IMG/VR virus record: IMGVR_UViG_3300047557_002769
Span: 64,001-128,000 of that record
DNA: 64,000 nucleotides
From: a virus
Reading direction: 5' to 3' (one strand)
A program made the translations under genes and the position numbers. Below the pieces are notes generated by a model. It was not told where the DNA came from, searched no databases, and was given only the letters and a program-made list of their open reading frames with translations. Each line of letters opens with the position of its first letter. Position 1 is the first letter of the stretch. Shown piece by piece: positions 45,685 to 57,893 of the stretch.

Positions 45685-46047
45685 TCAGGCTTTCTTGAAG
45701 TAGTTGTACGGGAGTCCGTGCTGGTAGGCCAGGTAATCCCAGTCGCCAAAGCAATCGCTGGATTCCATGATCCAACGCAGTGCCGTCTCACGGTCACCGG
45801 CACCGGAAGCGATCGTCTGCTCGATCAGCTTACCAAAGCGAACCACAGCCTGGGCCTGAGCCTCGCGCTCGAAAGCCATCTCACGCTCCAGGACCTGGCA
45901 CAGCCAATCCCATTCGGCTTGCTTCTCTTCATCGGTAGCCTTGGCCCAGCGCTCCCAGAAGCCCTCGCCAGGGCGATAGCCGTAGGCGTCCTTGTGCAGA
46001 TCAGAGATCAGGTCGTCGGAGAAGGTGTAGGTTTTTTCATTCATCAT
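45685..46047 (-). CDS. Early hypothetical protein
   Basis: SDLHKDAYGYRP motif; start reset to just downstream of promoter 46055. Confidence 0.6.
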   Translation of the reverse strand: MMNEKTYTFSDDLISDLHKDAYGYRPGEGFWERWAKATDEEKQAEWDWLCQVLEREMAFEREAQAQAVVRFGKLIEQTIASGAGDRETALRWIMESSDCFGDWDYLAYQHGLPYNYFKKA

Positions 46048-46293
46048 ACGACGTATTATAGGGGCTTCCGACCGAAGTGCAACTGTTTGGTCCAAGTACC
46101 TGAGCAGGAAGTACGGTTGAAATACACATAGGCACTCTCGCCGTCCATCCCCCTCTGTTCGACCTGGTCCATTATAGGCTAGCAGGACCAGAAGTGCAAC
46201 TGTTACGTTGCACCAGGCGTCACCATTCTCCGGCGATGATGATTGCAATGCCCATGGCGATGATAGGCGAGGACAGGATGAGAAGAGTAGTGA

Positions 46294-46782
46294 TCATTGG
46301 TTCTCCAGAATAGTGCAGACTTGTTCGGCGAGCGCGGCTTGACGTTCCCAGGCCTCGAGCTCCCACGGTTGATCGCGATAGGCCTTGTAGGTAGTACCCT
46401 TGTTGAAGGAGATCGAACCGTTCCAGACATGAGTCCAACCACGGCTAACCCAGGTCTTCTCCAGACGCCCGGTATGATACTGTTCGGCATGCACCATCTC
46501 GTGGCAGAGCACCTCCAGGGCCTTAGCCCAGTCCAGGCGACAATCGATCTCTGCCATACGCTCGCCGTTGAAGTAGCGACCGTTGGTATTGCGTGCCTTG
46601 ATAGGGGCTACGCGAATGGTGACATCCTTAGGCAGCTTCAAGAGCTTTCTCAGGATCGGCATCGCCTTCCGAACCACCACCACAACCTCGGCAGCCTGCT
46701 TGTTCAGCTTCTTGTTGTAGATCGCCGACAGCGACATCACAACACCCGGGGCCACAAATTTGTCTGTAAGCTTCATCATCAT
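46294..46782 (-). CDS. HExxH metallopeptidase-like protein
   Basis: LCHEMVHAEQY...Y..QPWELEA. Confidence 0.7.
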   Translation of the reverse strand: MMMKLTDKFVAPGVVMSLSAIYNKKLNKQAAEVVVVVRKAMPILRKLLKLPKDVTIRVAPIKARNTNGRYFNGERMAEIDCRLDWAKALEVLCHEMVHAEQYHTGRLEKTWVSRGWTHVWNGSISFNKGTTYKAYRDQPWELEAWERQAALAEQVCTILENQ

Positions 46783-46854
46783 TTCCTAATCGATGTATCC
46801 ATTATAGGACCAAACGAGGAAAGTGCAACTAGTACCGGTACGATTTGCTCAGGT

Positions 46855-46876
46855 AAAAAGCCCCGTGACGTGGGGC
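46855..46876 (-). terminator. Rho-independent terminator
   Basis: GCCCC-ACGTCAC-GGGGC-TTTTT. Confidence 0.65.
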
Positions 46877-47007
46877 CAGACGATCCACTCTAAGTCACCC
46901 TGACAGTCTGGTGGCCGTCCCTGTCATGGTTTGCTAAGGGGCGCCCAGTTCTTGCGGTCGTTTAAGAGTAGGCGGGCGTACCCGCAACATCCACTCCCCC
47001 TATACTA

Positions 47008-48771
47008 TCAAAGACCGGCGAAAGGAGATGCTACGGTAGCACCCGAGGCCTTGAGACCAGCGATCACCGCATCGATCTCAGCGACTTTCTTCGCAGCCTG
47101 AGCCGGGGTCGTCTCGGTGATCGGGTTGATCTTGCGAGCCGGCTTCGAAGCCTTCGCGGTCTTTGCAACCTTCTCGCCCTTGACCGGCTCAACACCCAGA
47201 GCCTTCACGGCCTTGGTGAAATAGACGTATGCGTTCGAGCGAGTCACACCCAGAGTCTCAACGATAGTAGCGATCGCCACTGCACGATCCGGGTTAGCGC
47301 GAACGATGTCGGTAGCGCGAGAGAGGTTGGTCACTTTAGTCATCATGTATCCTTTCGTGTCTTCAGTATGTGTATTACGGCTCTTCTTGGGCTTCAGTGC
47401 AACTGGTTCGGTCGATACCTTAGCCGCTCGCTTGGTCTTTCGGTCACCGGGGTAGCCAGGATAGGGTTCCCCTAACGGTCGCTTGGGATCCATTAGCCAT
47501 TTGTTATAATGAGCCAATCGATCCTCACCGGCTTTCCAGTCCATATCGATCGTATAATTAACTCGCTTCAAAACAAATCCTCAAGAGACATTTCTTTTAC
47601 GTAATTGCGAATAGCCGATTGCATCGGTTTCGAAACAATATCAGCATTCATATAATCAGGATCGAAACGATTAGCTGTGAATTCAATCGCTTGATTAATG
47701 ACCATATCGCGATATTCTTTAATCGTAATAGCTTCGCGCTCTTCCACAGAGAGCTCGAGAACCATATCGCCAACGAATTCAGTAGCGCTTTCGATCGAAT
47801 TCTTCATCAGACCCTGAATCAGATTATCGAAATCGTTGAAAGTATATTCGTTCATTTCGTTTCCTTTTTCATTCATCATACGTGAATTATAGACCAAACC
47901 GAACCGAAGTGCAACTGATACCGGATCAATTTGCTCGGTCGGGGAACGCGGGCTTGGTCAGAGCATGAACCGTCCTGAGGATCTCCATCTGATTCAGAGC
48001 AGGAAGCTCGGACATAGCCGTCACCAGCAGCGAATGCAGAACACCGCTCGAGAACGCAACATTCTTCTGAGCATCAGCCATGATCCGCAGCGCTTCATCG
48101 ATTTCCGCACGAGTCATCTTAGCCATCTTGTTTCCTTTCTCATTCAACATACACGTATTGTAACGGATCCGGACCAGAAGTGCAACTCAGTACCGGATCG
48201 CCCGGTACGGTTATACTAGCACTCAGGATCGAAATCATGCCATTCCTGAGCCTCGTCAGGCTGGCCATCGGACTCGCGATCGTACTCATCCTGCAATTCC
48301 TCAGAGAGATTCATGAAATCCTCACAGGCATTGAAGAGCTCTTGAAATGCTCGCTTTTCCTCACGAGACATGTCAAACATGAAGCCAACACCCTCATCCT
48401 TCATGGCATTGATGATTTGATTCATAGCCAGAAGAGTGTTCTCGCACATGCAGTAGGACATATTGGGGTAATTTGCCATCTCAGATCTCCTAATCGATGT
48501 ACGTATTGTAACGGATCGGGACCAGAAGTGCAACCCGGTACCTGACTGAACCGTAAGGGTATCAGTGAAACTTTCAGTTGAAGTATTCGCGGGAAATACG
48601 GAACTTTTCGTTCTCTTCCTCAGAGATAGCAAAGTCCTCGGCATCAGCCTTCGTATAGAGAGAGCCTACGATTACCCCATCAAAGGGATTAACCACATGC
48701 CAGATATCCTCTTCGCGATCGTAAACAACAGTGAGATTCCGTTCCATCATGTGCTCCTTAGTATGTTCCAA
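47008..48771 (-). CDS. Early hypothetical ORFs (47008-47347, 47568-47879, 47926-48150, 48216-48479, 48574-48750)
   Basis: Each lies directly downstream of a repeated promoter; starts reset accordingly. Confidence 0.55.
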
Positions 48772-48846
48772 TTATAGGACCAAAGGAGATTAAGTGCAAG
48801 CCAGAGGGAAAATACCGGAGCCAGCCGTAGGGATACTGCCCAAAAT

Positions 48847-48875
48847 TTGCCCTTTCCCAGGAAAAAGGCTATAAT
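48847..48875 (+). promoter_or_regulatory. Divergent plus-strand promoter with no downstream gene
   Basis: TTGCCC-17 nt-TATAAT followed by a G-rich non-coding tract. Confidence 0.6.
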
Positions 48876-49109
48876 CATAGTGTCGAACAGAGGGGGATGG
48901 ACGTGGAGGGTGGCCGAGGGCCCGGGAACCGGCAGGGAGAAAAAGCCTGTTTTCCCCAGAAAAAGTGTGTGAATATACTGCGAAACTCAGGAATAGTGGG
49001 CGAATATACACCAGCGCGCTATAATACTATTCTTATTTTGGTCCCGTACCAATTTATAATATACACATACGCGGGTATTAGTTTAAGTTAGTAGCCTATA
49101 CTATAGGTA

Positions 49110-51060
49110 TTAGTTTAAGTTAGTAGAATCGTTAATTAGCTTATAGATTCTATCTAGATTTTGATATTTTGACATACCATAAGGAGGTACAATAGTATAT
49201 TCTATACCGTTTTTTAGTCTAACGAATGCAGTATCAGTGTATTCTCTTACATATACACATGCAACTTCATCCGGATTAACATAGTCATTATCCGTTAGTT
49301 TAATAAGCATTATTCATAGTCCTTATTCTTAATACGTTTATCTCTCTTAAACCATTTCTTACACTTTTCCATTTTAAAGATGAATAGATCGTCCCATTTG
49401 ATCTTATTCAATTTTTTTCTATATCTGGAAACGTATTGTTTAAGCTCTCTAGGCCCTTTCATTGGTCTTTATATCCAAACATAACGTTTTCCATATCCTG
49501 GAGAATATTTCCAGCTTCTTCCATATTATAGTCATAGATAGCTTGTTCCAATCTACGGATATATGGACGGAATTCACCGAATACTGCCTCGATCATTTGT
49601 TTTTTAGCTCTATCGACGGCTTCTTTTAGAGCATCGTTATTTTTTAGTACTTCAAGTTCTGATACAGTAAAGGTATTACGAAGAGTAAGCTGAATACGAT
49701 ATTGCTTCAGAACATTGTAATCTTTGGTAGTTTCCCAGGAAGCTTTCGTATCCACCATTTGTTCGAACAGAGGTGATAGTTTAGTGCGGATTAGTTTACG
49801 CTCACCTGTATCCGTCCATTCAATAGCTTTAGAAATTTGACTCATTTTTTCTTTTGTTGTTGAATATAATAATCATCTAGTGTCTTTTTCCATTGTTCCG
49901 GTGTTGGATCACGGAATAGAGGTTGAGGACCAGATGGTTTTCTTGATTTAAGACTATGATATGCTGTTCTAAAACTCATGATTTTTAAGGTTTGCGATTT
50001 GCAAATTGCAAATATTGTTTATTCTACTCCAAAATGTTCTTTGATATCATTAACCAATTCAAACGCCCATACCGGTTCAGCATACTGAGCCGCTTCATTT
50101 TCAATCTTATTAAGACATTCCCCGATAATCAACTCGGCTAACTTTTCAACCTGTTTGCCTACTAGCATAGGGGTCATTGCCTTATTGTCATCATCATATG
50201 AGATACCGCCGACTTGTTTAATAAGTTCTCTAATTTGTTCGTTCATTCTTCAACTCCGAAATGTTTTTTAATCTCGTTCCTATAATCCAACCAGCCTTGA
50301 TAGTGTTGATCGTTTTTGTAGTCCAAAGTAAGTTCAGCACATTCCCTGACAATCAACTCGGCGAACTTTTGGTCATAAGCATGAAGGAAAGTATAATCTA
50401 TTTCTCCACCATCGTCAACAAAACTACCAAATTTTTCTCTAGTGTCATTCCAGGCCTGTTCGGCAAGTTCTTTAATTCGTTCGTTCATTTTCAGTCTCTA
50501 CCTTTAATACAATTTCAAAAGGAATATCCAGAATCAATGCTACTTCTCTGGTTGTATATCCGCTCTGGAGCAATTCTTTAATCCGCCAAATCATTATAAC
50601 CTTCATCCAACGTAGATTCAAGCAACCTTATCATTTGTTTAACCGCCAAAGGACCTAGGTACAGAGTAACGACAGTACTATCACTTTCTACACGCAATAC
50701 TGTCTTATTTTCAATAGTCCTTCCAACTGTGTAAAAGCACTTATTGGTATTTAAAATATTAGGAGTAGTGACTGGATTAACAGGAGTAGTAGGAGGTTCG
50801 TAATTATACATGGCTGCTTTAAGCTTTCGATTAAATGGGTAGATGTATTTACTGAATACTGACATTATTCATCATTACAATTACAATCACCAGTACCTAG
50901 TACAAATTCACCGCAATAAGGACATCCTGTAGGGCGATTTGGTTCTAATTTATTCAGAAGATCATAGTATTCTTTAGTTCCTACCGGGCCACCACATGCC
51001 ATAGCAATAGCACCTACAGAATAACCCTTGGCTAGCAACTCTTTAATCTGATTGTTCATA
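49110..51060 (-). CDS. Cluster of small accessory ORFs (49110-49310, 49459-49845, 50019-50246, 50243-50467, 50578-50865, 50865-51059)
   Basis: Co-oriented ORFs; two are MNE-IREL...HFGVE paralogs. Confidence 0.5.
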
Positions 51061-51517
51061 CCAAAATAATTTGACTGAAGCCTTCTTCTTTCGTAGGCAT
51101 TTCGAATTGATTGATCATGCTTTCGATTACATGCCATGGAATCGTTTTACCCGGGCGAGATGCCAGACGACGCTTGAGCTCTTCTTCCGAAGGAGTCTTA
51201 AAGATTATAGCGATATGATCATAATCCGGCAACATATTAAACTTCTTTTTACGACTCTTAACAGTAGTACTCGTCTGATCCCAGATAATATCACGATTAA
51301 ATTCTCGTGCCAGAGCAACCTCTTTTGCCATCAATTCTACGGCCATCGGCATAAACGATTCAAATACCTCCGAATACGTTCTCCCGACTTCCTTGGCGTA
51401 AATATCTACCCATTTGTCAGTAGAAATATAGGCAAAAGATAGACCGTCAATAAACTTATTTACCCCGGTTGTCTTTCCTGATCCCGGTACTCCAACCAAT
51501 TGATAACACTTAGGCAT
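51056..51517 (-). CDS. P-loop kinase (polynucleotide kinase-like)
   Basis: LVGVPGSGKTT, ISTD, IWDQTS....R, R...R. Confidence 0.8.
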   Translation of the reverse strand: MPKCYQLVGVPGSGKTTGVNKFIDGLSFAYISTDKWVDIYAKEVGRTYSEVFESFMPMAVELMAKEVALAREFNRDIIWDQTSTTVKSRKKKFNMLPDYDHIAIIFKTPSEEELKRRLASRPGKTIPWHVIESMINQFEMPTKEEGFSQIILV

Positions 51518-53301
51518 TATTCAATCCTAACAATATTAGTAAAGCCTCTATTCTTTGTGCCATGATTCTTATAACGATCTTCAGCAGTACCGTATCGAAT
51601 AAAAGCATCTAGAGGATCTTCATTATACTGAATTTCTTCCGAATGGCCAGTCGTACCACCTTTCCAACTACCCTTCTCATAACCAATTTCCTTATTGAAA
51701 CATAGTTCAAGTCGACAAGTAATAAGAGGTTTTTTGAAATACCTCAGCCATTTGAATAGCCCGGTACCATACTCATGCCTCATTTCACTGATATGGCATG
51801 TGGCAATAATCTCTTCCCCGTCGTAATCATTGAACTTAAACTTAACCTTAGGCACAAGGTCTCTAGCTTTTTGTAATTGATCGAAGTCTAGTCTTCCGCT
51901 CTTAAACGGCTTTACCACACCAAATTCTTTCCAATCCGGGGTATAAAACTTCTCATGAATATACTGTCTTTCTCTCCATGGAATACCGAATAGCTTGGTA
52001 TGATCAGAATTCTTCTTATCCTTAGAAGACCAACTACCCGGCTGAATACCATAATGAATATGAATATTCTCTTCATAGATAGTAAATCCATATTCCCGAC
52101 GAATGTGCTCCCAATAACCAGGACCCTTAGCCCATTCGTATTTACTCGTATCTACCCACTTCTTTTTTGGTTTGAAGATTTCAGGAATAATAAACCACCA
52201 AGAATGTTTACCAAATGCAATATTCAATAGACAATACTTAGTCTGCTCTGGATAATACTCATACGGATTACTGATATTAAAGGCATACCGGTGATAGTTG
52301 GCATCCTTATTATATTCTTTAAGTCGGATCATTTAGTTTCTTCTTTAGTTGACGAATTTCAGCTTTAAGCCCGCGATTCTCGTAATCTGCCTGGTAAGCA
52401 CGCTCCTGCATTTCTTTCATTTGTTTTGCAAAGTCTCGATCACTAGGCGTTAGATCTTCTTCTGGGGTAATAATGAATTTACCCTGATCCCAGTCAAAGC
52501 CTAGTTGAACGTGTTTAACTTTAACTACCGGGCTTCCTCCCACGGTAGTATAAGGTAATTTGATCTGAATTACAACCTCAGCATCTTTATCACTATAGGT
52601 CACCATTCGCCCGATATGCTCGTATAATTCACCGACTTTCATTATTTCACCTCAAATACGTCAAAGTCAGCATAGGAGATATGCGCAAGTTTCTCCAGTT
52701 TACCTACGATTGCTCGAGCTTTCTCAATGCTATCGTAAACACCCTCGATCTTACGCTGCTCAACCCCTCTTTCACCTACACCATAATAGAATTCATCATA
52801 AAATACAACAAAGACATCGTTCATAATAATCCTTAGTTATAGGTGACGCTGACTATACGAAAGTTTTTATAGAAACGTTTGAGTTTCTTATTAGCGTAAG
52901 ATTCAACAGCTTCATGAGCTGATTTAGAATTACAGTAAAAGTCCTCCTCGATCTGTCGAAAAAATCCTTCCTCGTTCTGATACCAGAACTTAACGGTATA
53001 GGTTTCCGTCATTCCATAAGGAGCTTCTGATACTTTCATATTAACCTCGAGTAAAGAAATGCCACCAACGACGAGGAATAGTTTCTTTTTCTACATAGAA
53101 CCTTGCACCCGGTCCACAATCATTGTCTTTTTCCGGAACCGGTCTAACAGTAAAGGAACTAGATTGTCGACTGGTAGATGCAAATACGACATTAGCTTTA
53201 CCAGTTACCGGGCTGATTCCATTAGATGGGGAAATACAGAAATTAGAACCCGAGAAGTACTTACAGTTGACACAGAGTTTCATAAGACCTCCTTTGAACA
53301 A
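51517..53301 (-). CDS. Accessory hypothetical ORFs (51517-52332, 52319-52642, 52642-52824, 52833-53039, 53041-53283)
   Basis: Translationally coupled, no recognisable motifs. Confidence 0.5.
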
Positions 53302-53342
53302 ACCTTATTATAATAGAAATAAAAAAAAGAGCAACTGTTACG

Positions 53343-53633
53343 TTACTCTTTTACTCTTATCTTAAGAAGGTATGTTGCTTTGTTCAATACCCAGAAATCT
53401 CTATGCGGTAAGTGATTACCGGTAGCCCCGGTCCAATCTTTAAAGTTTTCATCATAGAAATTGAGTTTACAGCAGTCTGGATTATCTCTCTGTAGTTTTT
53501 CTAATTCATCGGCCCAGGCCTGCCATTGATGATCTGATACTAGATTATCGTTCAATTCATAATAAATGCAAGAATGAACGAGCATTAACCGTCGCAGCTT
53601 AATAATTCGCTGCTTAATTTCCTCTTGGTTCAA
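53343..53633 (-). CDS. Stand-alone protein resembling the N-terminal (Ia) domain of NAD-dependent DNA ligase
   Basis: LRR...H...YY....VSD..W.....EL..LQ...PD. Confidence 0.6.
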   Translation of the reverse strand: MNQEEIKQRIIKLRRLMLVHSCIYYELNDNLVSDHQWQAWADELEKLQRDNPDCCKLNFYDENFKDWTGATGNHLPHRDFWVLNKATYLLKIRVKE

Positions 53634-56600
53634 CTTTCTTCACCTGCCAACTATGACTGATTCCCTTGATCCCGTCATCATATTGTAACTCTAAATTACC
53701 CCAAAACGATTCTGATTGATCGTATTGAAGCATTTGACGAATAACGGTAGCTTCTTGTCTCATAGGATGAACATAAACTCGATCACCGGGAAGGAATTTA
53801 GGCCCTCGTCCATCTGAATCTATATTACAAATACAACATTCATACTCTGGAGAATCAGCATCGATCTCCATAAAATCCCACTCTTTACAGAAATGTCTAT
53901 AGTTAGGCATTAGAAGTGCTTACCGAAGAAACAATACACCGCAAACCATTTCCAACGAGGATTGTACTTGCGTTCAGTTTCGTGAATATGGTTATAGCTC
54001 CACCGCATACCATCAGGACCCCATTGCCAATGGTACAAACCAAATCGAATATTAAACCATAGGTTACTCATCATTCAACTCCGAAATGTTCAGCTATAGC
54101 TTTCATAGCATGTACACCAACCATACCTGAAACTTCTCTGTCAACAATATCTAAACAATCATGCACAATTAACTCTGCGAGTTTCACCGAATAGTAGTCA
54201 ACCCATTTGTTGATATCTTTTTCATAATAATCAGTATCCAGGTTAGTTGTAATGCCAGCCTGCTCAATTAATTCTCTAATTCGCTCATTCATACAGTTAA
54301 ACTGCCTTTTCGCCTGAGACTTTCTTGATGTTCTTCTGGTGAACGATTAACACATAACCCACCATCATACAGCATCGGTTGACCGCACCAAGCCAACCAC
54401 TCCAGTGTATTGAGTGTAAACTTGCTATTAGTTACACTCCAATACCTTTGAAAAGTTTCGTTCATCTCGGATCCATTCCCCCGTTGCTGACAATATCAGT
54501 ATAACTGGAATTTGTTTTATTTGCAAGATACTTAACAGCTTCTTCCCAACCTTCCTGGAAAGTTTGCCAGTGATCTTCTAGTGCATCGCTGACATATTCG
54601 CCATTTGGTTTACGGCGTAGGTTATGCCCGGATGTTACTACAAAATTAGGATAGCATACAGTCTCAAATGCTTCACGAATCGGATCCATTATCACTCTCC
54701 CATGCCCAGTTAACTACTATAAAATCCTCTAAGCAGTCTTCAAAGCAATACTTAGAATCTACTACGTCCTTACCGTACTTCTTACACATTAGCTCATACC
54801 AGTAAGGCCAATACTCATTACGAATATCTTCCTCTGACTTAGTAACCACAATAGGATCCACCACAGGATCAGTGATATAGCCATTATATGAGAAATAACG
54901 CATCATTCAACTCGTTCTTTATATTCCGTCTTAGGTACATAAGGAAACGTAACCGGTACACGGCTTTCCATACTGGTAAAGTATGACTTATATTTTTCAC
55001 CTGTTTCAGGGTCCGTATACCAATCATAAAAAACAATACCATCAATGTCATAAGCACCATTAACGTCTTTGAATACATGACCGCATCGTTTGTTTTGCCA
55101 TAGAGGGCCACCACTATATTCGCCAACGTCCATCCATTCCCAGTCTTCCCCAGTCAATGGAGCAATAGGTTTAAAGCTAGCAATCTTCTCAAACAAAGAA
55201 ATAGCATACGGGGCAGATGAACCGGAATGCCCTTCTCCCTCGAATACCTCTAGCAGCTTAAGTACATGATTGCAGATCATCTCCTGCATCTCATCCTTAA
55301 ACTTGCCATTCTCATCAAGCCAACCAGCAGCTTTAAATTCGGTCCATGCGTGTTTTTCGTAGTTATTCATATCAAATCAAGAAGTTAGTTACTTTGTTTT
55401 CAGCGTCTTCGATGTTGTATTTTTTACAGAATGCATGAAGCATTAAACTTTCATACTCTGCTGTAAAGATAGAATTATGAATGGCCAGGTAGCCAGCTTC
55501 TTGAGCCAGCATATAAGCCTCTGGACCAAATCCGAATACAGAGTAAAGAACATGACGATAGGAGCCTTTGTTCTTAATCTCTCCCTCGAAAATACGTCGA
55601 GAGACGCAACAAAAGGCATCCAGTTGCTGTTCCTTAGTTAGTGAATTCCAGTATTCTTCCTGCTTCTTGACCATTCGATCAACAGCTTCCTGATACTGAT
55701 TAGACAGTTCTTCATTCATTCTTTTACCTTAAATGTATTCATAAACAATACGAGAAGACACCACCACCAGCTACCAGTATACCATACAAGGAAGCAAATT
55801 GCAATAAGAACCGCAATGTTTTCTAGGACTGCCCAGCCAATCGCGCTCATACAATTCTTCCCAACCCATACCAGATCATCTCATCCAGCATTTGATCATA
55901 TGGTTTACCGGTACGGCGCGCCTGAAAAATATTCTCAAGCAGCTCCCGCATTGCATCTCCATCGACACCTTTAGTGTTCAGGTCGATACCTCGGTTCTCG
56001 AGCTCCTCGATCAGGTCATCGGTGTCGAAGTCAGAGAAGTCGACTTCAACATCAGTAGTGATATATGCACGTACCATATTACTTTGTTCCTACGTCAAAT
56101 CTCTCTTCAATCTGTTCTGCAGTAAAATGATCATCAAGATCATCTCTTACAAACATAGCAACATACTTAACAGTCTGCTCTACTAGAAATTCTAGTTCTT
56201 TAGCAGATACTTCTTTATTGCTAAGGGTAATATACACCCCTACATCCTCTATCATTCTCTTTGCAAAATCAGACATTATGCAACCTCAAAGAAAACACCT
56301 TCACCCCTAGACATAATACGAACGACTTTCTTATCGCCGATTTTATATCCTACGGAAATGAAAGGACCGCCATCCGGGTCAAAGAAACCAAGATCTTCAT
56401 AATTGAAACCAGTTTGATTTTCCTTACCACCAAATCGGCAGTACATTGTATCACCTTCGAACTTATAGGTAATTTTGTCAACCGGTACTAAAGAGTAGAC
56501 CTTACCGTAGCGAGATTTGAGAGTAATCGTTTCCATGTTTTCTCCAATTGATGTAGTATTATAACCTAAATCGACCATTAGATCAACTCACCGTTACGGT

Positions 56601-57860
56601 TAATGTAAAGCCGTCTATGGTTAGTACATCCCATTTTCCCGTTCCTATAAACAAAGAAACCTGTAGTAATTGCACCGTTCTTCACAACGTCAATAATTAC
56701 ATCTTTAGAAATGTGACTATGATTCCATGCAGTATGACAGAATGTCATATCAACATATGGGAAGATCTCAACGTCCTTAAACGCGGGGACTTTCTTTTTT
56801 GTTACATCGCATACCTTACTCTTCCAGGAAACAACATCATACTTTTTCTTTGGATTAATTCCATAGAATAAATTAGTAAAGCGAGGATTCCATTCTTCTT
56901 TTTCTAACAATTCAACCAAGCAGCTACGGCATACACAAGCCTTATGATTACCGACCATTACTCGTTGGTTGTTAACTGTATGCTCAATATTATACACACG
57001 AACATACATCTTTGCATTGCAGCGAATGCATCGATCAGGATTAAGCTTATAGACCCATTTACGAACGAAATTCTTTGCATCTTCGAATCGACCGAAAATA
57101 GAATCAGGAATATTGAACGACAGATTGATCTTCATAGTAAAGCCTTAATGCCTTTGACAATCCAGTAACACACAACAAGTAATACAAAAAACCAAATAGT
57201 TGACACCAGGGCAATAAAAATATACCCTAGTGTCTTAATTATAAGGGAAATCAGACGATCGATCAACTAAATTCTCTGGTAGTGAAACTATACCCTAGAT
57301 CATCATCCCAGTCGTATTCTGGATTAAACCAGGGGTACTTATCCTTTTTCCCAGCCTCGTTATGCTGTTGATTCTTTTTACCATTAGGATTAATAAAGCC
57401 AGGTGCCTTGACGGTTTCTACAAGCGTTACAAAATCTTCGTAACTAATCGCATCTCCGTACTCATCCTTAATAGTTTTGTCTTTCAAAAACTCTTTCCAC
57501 ATCTTCCAGCTGGTTAGCTTATCGTACTTGTAGCCTTGAAAAGAAAAAGACCAGCCATGCGAAGACTTACCGATATGATATTCCTCATCATACCGATTGC
57601 AACATTTGCATTCGTTGGAAATAACGTAGTAGTTAGTCCCCATTCCAATCACCTTTCATCACCGGGTTAATAATATCCCTTTCTTCAGCATCAGCTATTT
57701 CAGAGAAATGATCGGCAACATCACGAGTGTTAATTACATACCCCGAAGCCCGAAGAAAAGCTAAGTAATGATTCATCATTTCAGGCCAAGTTACATCATG
57801 TTCGGTGTAAATCTTGTATGTAATGCCGAATTCTTGGTTATCGTTTTCAAGAATAATCAT
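53614..57860 (-). CDS. Cluster of about 12 small accessory ORFs (53614-53910 through 57633-57860)
   Basis: Co-oriented and overlapping; includes a third HFGVE paralog at 54071-54292. Confidence 0.5.
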
Positions 57861-57893
57861 ATTGTTTAGAGTTAATATTATATAAATAATCAC

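Larger units (their letters stand above)
43739..48799 (-). promoter_or_regulatory. Family of about 12 repeated early promoter cassettes (TTGCAC-16/17 nt-TATAAT or TACAAT)
   Basis: -10 boxes at 43739, 44205, 44481, 45636, 46055, 46171, 46801, 47374, 47886, 48157, 48505, 48771; shared GGACC/GGTCC spacer words and upstream GATCCGGTAC. Confidence 0.85.

Noticed and set aside
43739-48799. CRISPR-like array from recurring GTGCAAC repeats
   Set aside because: Repeats are degenerate, irregularly spaced, separated by whole genes and resolve into -35/-10 promoters; no cas genes are visible.
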